46,062 nt of DNA, from the NCBI RefSeq assembly GCF_001194135.2, contig NC_068986.1, forward strand, positions 20,467,881 to 20,513,942, in the 5' to 3' direction. Each line of letters opens with the position of its first letter. Positions within the stretch are counted from its first letter, which is position 1. Position numbers and translations under genes: made by a program. The stretch is from Octopus bimaculoides. Its lineage: Eukaryota. The notes beneath the pieces were generated by a model. It saw only the letters and a list, made by a program, of their open reading frames with translations. It had not been told where the DNA came from and ran no database searches. Positions 36,448 to 46,062 of this stretch are shown piece after piece.

Positions 36448-37460
36448 CGTGCTAGTTATAAAACGTGTGCGTGTGTGCACAAGTATACTGCTTAGAGAGA
36501 ACATTGTTGGCCAAGATGTTAGCGCTCTCGAGTATCTGTCCAAGAGAGTTGTGAGTCTGAACGAAGTTATGTACGAAGGCGTAAACTCTATAAGCCGTGG
36601 TGTATTAATCCCATTTACAGGAGCAGCATCTTCGATTAGAAATTTTCACAGACAATACATGGTCTTCACAAACCACAGCAAAAGTAACCCATCCAAGAGG
36701 CAGCAACACTGAATAGAAACTTACATCCTTTCATTCTGATAGACTGAACACTTCAGTCCAATCGGACAGCCTCCCTAGTAAAGAGAGGAGACGATAAAAG
36801 ACACCGAGTACATACATAAAATGGTTTATCTTAGAAAGAACATCCAGCGTTAATATGTGTGTGTGTGTATAAGGTTGTTTGCTATAGCCGGTCAGAGAAT
36901 GTCCATTGGTTTCACACATATTGTAGCGTAGACGCAGGTGAAGTTCCTCTCCCCCTTTATTATATATACGTGCATTCGAACGTTGCAGGGAACAGCTAGC
37001 CTTTGGCTGCTATTTGGATCCCGCTATGTCCACTACTCTGATTGTTTGGTATTGGCGCAATTTGTCTCCTACTCGATTGCGTCAATTTGCCGCATATAAC
37101 CAGTTGGAGTCCTTAAATACGATCACGTGGGACAGCTTGTTCTCTACCCTGTTTAGAGCTTACAGTTCCTTATAAAAATCCAGCTTCCCCTCGTCTCGAA
37201 GTCTTTTAAGGTCTAGCCACTGACCACAAAGACACATCCAGCTCCAGCGACAACACCACCACCACAGCAGCTACGTTGAGACTCACCAACTTCGTCCAAC
37301 AGCATTACGGTAACCTCCTTCTTCGTCGCCACCATTATGTCCTTAACGTCGTCAACATCATATCTCTAGTAGACAGCTCAGCAAGCAATTCACCCAGGTT
37401 CCAACACTTCACTTTTCGTAAATTATCTCACTACGGATCAACAACGAATATACAACCTGT

Positions 37461-37592
37461 ATTCCGCCGAGGTCGACTTTGCTTTTCATCCTTTCGGGGT
37501 CGATAAATTAAGTACCAGTTGCGTACTGGAGCCAGTCGAATCGACTGGCCTCCTCCCCAAAAAAATTCGGGCCTTGTGCATAGAGTAGAAAA
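37461..37592 (+). mobile_element. 5'-truncated SINE family D with 15-bp TSD
   Basis: gaatatacaacctgt occurs at 37446-37460 and 37593-37607. Confidence 0.85.
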
Positions 37593-38449
37593 GAATATAC
37601 AACCTGTGTGAACTCCTGTATCAAGTGACCCAGGCAGTAGCATCACAGCCATGACTTCACGGACAATATGTATGCGTAACCAGCTCAACATCATAGCTGC
37701 AACTTTTTGATGCAGTATTTCAGCCACCATGTACGAATGACTACGAGCTGGTATGTTCATCTTTCTTGAGTCTATGAACTTACTTCTCATTTCGATGGCT
37801 ATAGACTCTTTCACTGTCTCCTTCTTCATTGTCAACCTTATATGTTCTTAACACACGCGCATACATCTATGCACATACACTTTATTGTCATGACGGCCTG
37901 TCCATTATTCTGTATACATGACGTACACACAGACACATGTTAATATATCGATAAATCTTCTCTTAATCACTCCACGCGGTTGTGTTTCTCTTTTTCCACC
38001 TGGCAAGTAAATGATTCTATCTATTTTATCTTTATTGTATCGGCCGTGTGATGTTGTACGAAAGAGCCATTCTTGCACCTCACATCGCACGGTCTTTTAC
38101 AATATAAAGCTTCGGTCAACGAGTTTTATTTATTGTGGTGAGTGCTGCAGCTTTACAGATAACAGTTTCTCAATGTTATGTATGCGACATAGCATACACG
38201 AATACCTTGAAATAAAAACGATACGGAGGACAGTTGTAAGAACAACCTGCATACGCTCAATGCTTCTCATCCAAAGCTTAAATGTAAAAACAGGAGATTA
38301 ACTTTCGTTTCTTCCCTTTATGATATGTGGAGCAGAAGTCCCTCATCTCCACGTCATCGGGAAATTCATGGAATGTTCCAAAACACTCCACTGAAGGTCA
38401 CTCAAGTCACATCCCCCTTTTATTTTTTCACCCAATTAACTGAGAGGGC

Positions 38450-38758
38450 GGTTTGAAACAAGGGTTTCTATTGATCCGATCAACGGAACGGCTTGTTCAT
38501 AAAATTAACGGGCAAGTGGCTAAGCACTCCGCTAACAAGTGAACCCTTAACATAGTTCTCAAGGGGATTCAGTGTGAAAGAGAATGTAACAATGCAGGCC
38601 CTTTGAAATACAGATACTACTCATTTTTGCCAGCTGAGTGAACTGGAGCAACGTGAAATAAAGTGTCTTGCTCAAGGACACAACGAACCGCCAGGCATCG
38701 AACTCATGACCTTGCGATCTTGAACTGAATACCCTAACCACTTAGTCACTCGCCTTCA
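38450..38758 (-). mobile_element. tRNA-derived SINE: different head on the family C tail
   Basis: Reverse complement reads taagtggttagg...gagttcgatgcc...gttgtgtccttgagcaagacacttta, then gtatttcaaagggc...gttgatcggatcaa as in family C. Confidence 0.75.
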
Positions 38759-38849
38759 TTGAGCTGAGGTTAGGATTGATATGTACGAGAACGGAAGACT
38801 GTCTTTTCTTTCTCTCGCTTGTGAGAGAGCTGTAGAAGTCCTTAGAAAA

Positions 38850-39165
38850 GAGCAAACCACTGAGCCTAACATTCATTGATCTAGAGAAGACCTTTGACAG
38901 GATACCATGCTAAGTAGTCAGGTGTTTGCTAAACTGTAGAAGAATGGCTTCTGAGAGCCGAGTAAGCCTTGAACGGAGATGTCGTCAGCAATGTGAAAGC
39001 AACGAGTTCAGTGAAGAATTAACGTGCTGGTTTTAAGCGTCCACCAGAATTCGTTTCTCAACCTGGTTATAATAGTTCTCCTGGTCATAATACGTGAGAA
39101 TAAGACCGGTTGATAGTGGGAACCTATGTACGATAGTGCCCTAGTTCTCATAACTTATTCTGTCA
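38850..39165 (+). mobile_element. Degraded RTE reverse-transcriptase fragment
   Basis: KPLSLTFIDLEKTFDRIP (38854), VHQNSFL and WEPMYDSALVLI correspond to RT motifs FVDLEKAFD, VHQGSVL and LLYADDLVL; the frame is broken. Confidence 0.75.
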
Positions 39166-39630
39166 AAGAATTAGTAAGATGTTCAAAACGAGAAGCAAAG
39201 CCTAGGATCGAGAAGTGAACCCATTAAAGACAAAAATTCTAATTTGGTAGAAAAAAAAATGACTATTACAATGAAGGAAGGAACTTTGTTTGTTAAATTG
39301 AAAACGATTAAGGAGAAAGTCCGTACATAAAGAAGTTGTTTGTGACATTGTAAAAATCCCCTTCAAAACGGAGACCTTCCAACTTATGTGGACCGTCTGA
39401 TCCGAAACTCCGTTTTCTAGAAACTCCTCCTCCTCGCTTCCTTCCAAAGATTTTGCCTACAAATTTCTTTGAAATCGTAATCGTAATCTACACCGTTTGA
39501 AAGGTATCTGTATAAAATTTCATTAAAAAATACCTATTTTCCAGAAAGTTGTGAGGGGGAAAATGTCGGGTCCTGGGCAACAAAATCGGTGGGGTATTAA
39601 TCTGTAGTTATGTCATTTTTCAATAAAAGT

Positions 39631-39765
39631 CAACGTTGACGGATTAACGTTAACTTCGTTACATTTTCAAAGAATTAACGGATTAACGCTTAGCGAAGTT
39701 AACTTTTTGGTAATCGAATTAACGATTAACGAAGTTAACTTTTCGATTAACGGTGCCCACCTCTG
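39631..39765. mobile_element. Probable hAT-type DNA transposon end with sub-terminal ttaacg/gttaac repeats
   Basis: Many ttaacg/gaagttaact motifs ending in gtgcccacctctg (reverse complement CAGAGGTGGGCAC, hAT-like TIR from memory). Confidence 0.5.
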
Positions 39766-39774
39766 CCAATACCA

Positions 39775-40190
39775 GTTGTCAAGAGAGACAAACACAGACA
39801 CAAAGACACACACACACACGCACATACGACGGGCTTCTTTCAGTTTCCCTCTATCAAATCCACTCACAAGGCTTTGGTCGGTCCGAGAGAAGGCACTTAC
39901 CCAAAGTGCCACGCAGTGAGACTGAACCCGGAACCATGTGTTTGGGAGGCAAGCTTCTTATTTCTTTATTGCCCACGAGGGGCTAAACATAGAGGGGACA
40001 AACAAGGACAGACAAATGGATTAAGTCGATTACATCGATCCCCAGTGCATAACTGGTACTTAATTTATCGACCCCGAAAGGATGAAAGGCAAAGTCGACT
40101 TCGGCGGAATTTGAACTCAGAACGTAACGGCAGACGAAATACCGCTAAGCATTTTGCCCGGCGCTCTAACGTTTCTGCCAGCTTCTTACC
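39775..40190 (-). mobile_element. SINE A head (39775-39960) adjoining a near-full SINE D (39955-40190)
   Basis: Both match other copies; SINE D retains many CpGs. Confidence 0.82.
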
Positions 40191-40439
40191 ACACAACCTC
40201 ACCTATATGTAAACTATATGCACACAGGCTATCCTTGGCATCACAGCAGATGTTCAGGAGTACTTGGCAGGAAGAGCATCCAGATAAAGTTCAGGGGCTC
40301 CCTAAAAGTAATTGATAGCTTCTTCTCTTTTGGTAATTTGATTAAAAGGTGTTTCGGTGCCCCAGCATGGCCGCAGTCTAATGACTGAAACAAGTAAAAG
40401 AGGCAAAAGATAGTAAGAATGGCACGGGAACAGTTCGAG

Positions 40440-40720
40440 GAGCTCTTAACTCTGCTGGTAACAAAGAGAGTCTCTTTCCAAGTGAAAGGTAGATTGTATC
40501 GTACCTATAAACAAAGTACAATGTTGTCTGGTTAAGATATTGTTGCTGGGTATAGATACTGAATGCGGAGGATTTGCGAAAACTGAAAAGAAATGAAAGG
40601 AACATGTTTAGCCGAATGTGTAAAATTAAGGTCTACGAGCGACAGAGCATAAATGAATAAGAGAGATAAAAACTGGGCATAAGAGGAATCAGAAGCAGTG
40701 TATATCGCCGTATGTAGTCG
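40440..40720 (+). mobile_element. Degraded RTE ORF fragment downstream of the RT domain
   Basis: ELLTLLVTKRVSFQVKGRLYRTYKQSTMLSG, AEDLRKLKRNERNMFSRMCKI and EKLGIRGIRS match the RTE post-RT region. Confidence 0.72.
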
Positions 40721-41339
40721 GATAATTTTGTTACACTTCTCTTTCTGATGTGTCTAGAAGTATGAGTGTAGTCCTTTATTTGATCCCCGCCGCCTGCCTT
40801 TATAATGTTTATGGATCGCATCGAGATTTGGTTCGGTTTGGTGGACGTAGTAGCTTCAGCTTTGTGCATAAACACTTCTGTATTACGAGACGTAGTTTAC
40901 GGAAATGTATTGGTGTTTCAACAGGATCAGTTAGGTTTAGATCATATTGGTGGAGCAACTACAACGTAATTTAACATTTTCTGTTAAATAATTTTCTCTA
41001 TTTATGGTAAGGGGTAAACTGCTGAACGATTAATGCTAGGAAGCTTTCTTCTGATATTAATAAAGTTGTGAATCTTATAACTAAGTACTTTTATTTTTAT
41101 ATTAAATCCACTGGTTAATAAGCGGCGACTTTATCGTAGATTTCCTCTACTGATATTATCGATGAGGTTTTTAAAAATAAAGCGTGAGTGACACGAGTCG
41201 ATGTTGATATAAGTTTCCATTAGGTTTGTTATATGTCTTACGTAACTCAGTGGTTGAATGTAGGTGGTATTAAGGAAGTTAATGATGACAATAGATAGGT
41301 TTCTTGCTGTCGTTATTTTTAGCCCTAAATACACCATAT

Positions 41340-42219
41340 ATATATATGTATATATATATTTAGAGATAGAGAGATAGATAGATATAGATATATAGACAGA
41401 CAGATAGATAGATAGAGAGAGAGAGAGAGAAGATAAACAATTGAAAAAGAATGATTAGAAAAGACAATAAGATTGTTAGTACCCCCAAAGAAAACTGATT
41501 ATTTCCGTCAGCTCTTTGTTTTGGTGCCAGTTGACTAAGACGCACCAGTAAATAACGATGACTAAAAGAAGGATGTAAAGGACGGGGGTGGGAGGATAAA
41601 AAAAGAAAGAAAGAAATCTTTAAAATGTAAGAAATAAAGTAAAAGAAAAATAGAGAAGATAAAAAATAGGGAGACAAAGAGAGAGAGATGGAGAGAGAGA
41701 GAGAGTAAGACAGACAAATAGAAAGAATGACTGAGAGAAATAAAGAGATTGGAAGAATGAGAGAAAGAGAGAGAGAGAGATGGTGAGAGATCGAGAGAGA
41801 GAGATGGAGAGAGAGAGAGAGAGAGAGAAGAAAATCATCTCATATTTAGTATTTATCTCAGCTTTTTGCATTTCACGACGACTGTTGTTGGTGCTGCTGC
41901 TACTACTACCACCACCACCACCACCATCACTACTACTACTACTACTACTATCTTCTGGCGCTGCTGCTGCTGTTGCAACAACTTGCATTGTAGCGTTATT
42001 GTTGATGTTGTTGTTGTTTAACCCAAGGTCATATTCTTATTCAAGAGACCTATGAACAAAGGATGGCGGGTGGGTGGGTTCCAATCGCGACCACCCCGCC
42101 TTCATTTCTAGTTATTGACTATCTGAACCAATATGTCCTTGTTTATTATTTGTTTATTTTTTAAGAGGGATTTGGCTGTTATTTATAACACGTCGATCAT
42201 CCATATACACCCTTCCTCA

Positions 42220-42270
<51 letters not shown>

Positions 42271-42300
42271 CACCACCACTACTACTACTACTGCAATTTC
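41340..42300. repeat. (TA)n/(GATA)n/(GA)n/(CTA)n/(CAC)n simple-repeat tract
   Basis: Directly visible. Confidence 0.88.
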
Positions 42301-42989
42301 TATTATTATTCACAAGCCAACGTGGTTACCTCTGTGTGGTCACTCGAAATGCTAAAAATAGCAGTCAAATTCCTCCAAATTTTATTCTACTCATAAAAAA
42401 AAATGCGAAGGACTCAATATTGGCCTGTGTAATCCTAAATAAACAAAACGATGGCATTGTCACAGCTGGAGCGCCTTTGGTCATTGATCTGTCCAAGCAG
42501 AACTGACCTGGATTCGCCACAACAACTCTTTGTTACTCCAAGTCAAACGAGGGAACTTTACGAAGTCGCTCGACCTGCTAGAAATAGCAGCTAAATCTAC
42601 CTCAAATCACGTACTACCGGGTTTAAAAAAAAAATCTATTGGCTAAATGTAGTCTTTAGAAACACACTTTGAATAAAAGATAGGATGGTCATGTTAGGAC
42701 CGCCTTGATCATATGTCTGCTCAATCATTATGGCTGACCGTGGGTTAAATAGCTACTACTACTACTACGGCCGCTGCTGCTGCTGCTGTGGCAGACTAGC
42801 TTCTAGCTTCTTAATATAAACAGGAAGTTTCAGATTTTTTTTGGAAAGAAGGAAAGTTGAGCTGTGGCATTCATGCGTTTACGCAGCAGTATCAAGAACG
42901 CATGAGGTGAGATAACGGGGTGGAGACGAATGGCATCCGTCCACCAAGAACACGAATATAGGTCACTGACTACTTTTGTCAGCCTGGGT

Positions 42990-43625
42990 GGAGAAGCGAT
43001 GGTTGTGGTGGTTGTGGTGGTGGTGGCGGCGGTGAATGTGGTGTTGGTGGTGGTGGTGACAGTAATATTGGTTGTGGTGATGTTTATGGTGGTGGTGGTA
43101 GTGATTGTAGTCGTAGTTGTCGTGGTGAAGNNNNNNNNNNCATCCGTCCACCAAGAACACGAATATAGGTCACTGACTACCTTTGTCAGCCTGGGTGGAG
43201 AAGCGATGGTTGTGGTGGTGGTGGTGGTGGTGGCGGCGGTGAATGTGGTGTTGGTGGTGGTGGTGACAGTAATATTGGTTGTGGTGATGTTTATGGTGGT
43301 GGTGGTAGTGATTGTAGTCGTAGTTGTCGTGGTGAAGTCGCAGGCAGCAGTCGTGGTGGTTGTAGCGATGGTAATAGTAGTAGTAGTAGTAGTAGTAGTG
43401 ATAAGGTACGTCGTATTCGTGGCAGCGTCAGAGCGATGTTGGTGTAGGCGGTACTCTTCACAGTCACAGTGATTATGGCGGCGGTGGTGGTGGTGGTTGT
43501 GGTGGTAGTGCTTGTAGTGGGGACTATTGTAATGGTTGTGGCTTTGATGGTAGTCTGGGTGGTTGTCATAGTGGTGGTGGTGGTGATGGCAACCCTCAGA
43601 GTTGTGGTAGAGACGATGGTGGTGG
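42990..43625. repeat. Degenerate (GGT/GTA)n tract; ~190-bp block duplicated across a 10-N gap
   Basis: 42941-43130 is repeated at 43141-43330; source of the poly-V ORF. Confidence 0.85.
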
Positions 43626-44334
43626 TGAAACTGTACCTGTTGTTCTTCAAAACTCGCAACTGCTGCAACGAAAGCTGGTACTTACGCCGATGAAGCTAAA
43701 CATACACCCATGTATTCACAGATACATATAGACACATAAAATAAACACATTCAGTTTCATATACATTCCTGTCCAAATATATATATATATGTTTGTGTGT
43801 TTGTGTGTGTGCGTGTGTATATATATATATATATATATATNNNNNNNNNNNNNNNNNNNNNNNNNNNNNNNNNNNNNNNNNNNNNNNNNNNNNNNNNNNN
43901 NNNNNNNNNNNNNNNNNNNNNNNNNNNNNNNNNNNNNNNNNNNNNNNNNNNNNNNNNNNNNNNNNNNNNNNNNNNNNNNNNNNNNNNNNNNNNNNNNNNN
44001 NNNNNNNNNNNNNNNNNNNNNNNNNNNNNNNNNNNNNNNNNNNNNNNNNNNNNNNNNNNNNNNNNNNNNNNNNNNNNNNNNNNNNNNNNNNNNNNNNNNN
44101 NNNNNNNNNNNNNNNNNNNNNNNNNNNNNNNNNNNNNNNNNNNNNNNNNNNNNNNNNNNNNNNNNNNNNNNNNNNNNNNNNNATATATATATATATATAC
44201 ATATATATATATTGTTGTTGTACTTGGGGATGGTCATATTGCCAGTTTAGCCAATAAAAACACACGCACTGTATATTTGGTGTTAATTTGCTTCAGCTTT
44301 ATATTACATTTATCTTAATCTTATATATATATAT

Positions 44335-44725
44335 TCTTTTATTCATTTGCTTGTTTCACCCATTTGACAGTGGCCATCCTGGAGCACTGCCTTGAAGGCT
44401 TTTAGTTGAACAAATCAACTCCACGACTTATTTTTTAAAGCTTAGTACTTATTCTGTCACTTTCTTTTGCTGAACTGCTAAGTTACAGGGATGTAAATAT
44501 ACCAACACTGGTTGACAAGTGGTGATGGAGGGGGGCAAACACAGACACAAAAACACACATGTACATACAACAGGCTTCTTTTGGTTTACCATCTACCAAA
44601 TTCCTTCACAAAGCTTTCGTTGGCCAAAGCTTATAGTAGAAAGCGCTTGCCCAAGGTGCCATGCAGTGGAACTAAACCTGGAACCTTGTGGTTGGGAAGC
44701 AAGCTTCTTACCACACAGCCATGCC
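44335..44725 (-). mobile_element. SINE family A, full length, diverged
   Basis: Tail ttgcttgtttcacccatttgacagtggccatcctggagcac through head ...aagcttcttaccacacagcc. Confidence 0.8.
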
Positions 44726-45057
44726 TAGCAGAACCTAGATTTCCAAAGGTTTATCATCACAAACAAATCAGTTCACAAACAGATTTTAGGATCGTTAAAT
44801 ATCTCAAGTGATGAGCGGTGTCTCGAGTAATGAACACTCAAGGTGGCAGCACCTGCTAATGACACACTGGGAATATCAGCTGGAGAATGTCAGATGCAGT
44901 GAAGCTTTCTTCATTCAATGCGTATCCCTGCTCAAATTCACCATCCATTTTTTTAGAAATTCCTTTGGGAAAAATAGCTTCAGTTTATGAACATTTCGGA
45001 TGATGAATAGCCTTCAGGAATGAATTAAATTCTTAAACTGAGGTCCACTGTATGTAA

Positions 45058-45750
45058 TCATCATCATCATTGTCCGTTAACGTCTGCTTTCCATGCTGGC
45101 ATGGGTTGGACGGTTTGACTGAGGACTGGCAAACCAGAAGGTGCACAAGGTTCCAATCCTATCTGGCAAAGTTTCTACAGCTGGATGCCCTTCCTAATGC
45201 CAACCACTCTGTGAGGGTAGTGGGTGCTTTTTACGTGCCACTGGCATGAGGGCTGGTCAGACAGTACTGGCATCAACCGCGCTTGAATGGTGCTTTTTAC
45301 ATACCACCGGCATGGGAGCCAGTCAGGATGCACTGGCAACAATCATGCTCAAATGGTGCTTTTTACGTGCCACCAGCACGGGAACCAGTTATACGGCACT
45401 GACAAGGATCAGGCTTGAATGGTGCTTTTTACATGCCAATGGTACAGTCCCAGTCAGGTGGCACTGGCATCGACCATGCTCAAATTGTGCTTTTTACGTG
45501 CCACCAGCATGGGACCAGTTAGGCAGTACTGTCATCAACCATGACAACAATTTCACTTGCCTCAACGGGTCTTTGCAAGTGCAGCTTATTGCCCAATGAT
45601 AGAAAGGTACTCTTAAATGGGCCAGTTATTCTGCACTGGCATAGGGCCCGGTTACAGTCTCACTTGGCTTGCCGGGTCTTCTCAAGCACAGTATGTCTCC
45701 AAAGGTCTCAGCCAAATGTCATCACCTTGGTGAGGCCAAATGTTATGCTC
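45058..45750 (-). mobile_element. 5'-truncated RTE LINE: ORF end, 3'UTR with five ~66-bp units, (GAT)n tail
   Basis: Reverse strand reads GLTKVMT..DLWRHTVLEKTRQAK* at ~45660-45745. Units start at 45235, 45301, 45367, 45433 and 45498. Confidence 0.85.
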
Positions 45751-45829
45751 TCTTATACACACACACACATGCACCTTCGTTTTGGGATCACCACTACATT
45801 ATTATCTCCCCTTCTTCCTAGCTCTCCTG

Positions 45830-46030
45830 TGTGACCCCTCTCTCTGGCATTCGCCATGATAGATCGCTAGCCACTATACGATCTTTATTTTCTCTCCTTG
45901 TTTCTTTCCGTGAAAGAGCGTAGGCTCGAAACGTTAAAGACTTTTTCACTTCCCAAGTGTTAAACTAATACATCTGTTTGTTGTCTACACCACCTGTCTT
46001 TGTCTTTTGTTTTTTTGTGAATTCTCCCTG
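45830..46030 (+). mobile_element. Probable Penelope-like terminal-repeat remnant with a degenerate hammerhead fold
   Basis: tcttt-ccgtgaaa-gagc(gtag)gctc-gaaa-cgt-t-aaaga at 45903-45940. Confidence 0.5.
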
Positions 46031-46062
46031 TATATATACATACATATATATATATATATATA

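Noticed and set aside
36389-36712. 107-aa plus-strand ORF with a protein-like C-terminal half
   Set aside because: It starts in a (TG)n repeat, has no recognisable homology, and has no flanking splice sites.
42941-43330. ~190-bp direct duplication giving a repeated SVHQEHEYRSLTT...poly-V ORF
   Set aside because: The two copies sit on either side of a 10-N gap and are nearly identical, most likely unmerged contig overlap.

Overview
AT-rich animal genomic DNA, dense in microsatellites and retroposons, with several N gaps. The repeat families and (CAT)n/(TA)n load suggest a coleoid cephalopod, most likely Octopus (inference). The only gene I can support firmly is the DEAD-box RNA helicase DDX55 (Spb4 family) on the minus strand. 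I reconstructed 13 coding exons by hand, from the ATG at 22414 down to 499. All use GT-AG splice sites with consistent phases and give 1442 nt (480 codons + 2 nt); the C-terminal exon(s) lie left of the window. The rest is mostly 5'-truncated RTE-clade LINE ends (many with a ~66-bp hairpin tandem array in the 3'UTR), several tRNA-derived SINE families, MITE/hAT/Helentron-like pieces and simple repeats. Almost all ORFs in the supplied track are repeat or gap artefacts. Best second-look items: (1) a ~520-bp head-to-head palindromic retroposon with a 14-bp target-site duplication and hammerhead-ribozyme-like cores in DDX55 intron 11; (2) a second hammerhead-like fold at 45.9 kb; (3) a candidate 7-nt frameshifting 'poison' micro-exon in DDX55 intron 12; (4) a LINE end encoding three C2H2 fingers; (5) the hairpin arrays in RTE 3'UTRs; (6) a possible unannotated spliced minus-strand gene at 33.6-37.4 kb. 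Repeat boundaries are approximate; DDX55 exon boundaries were counted base by base.
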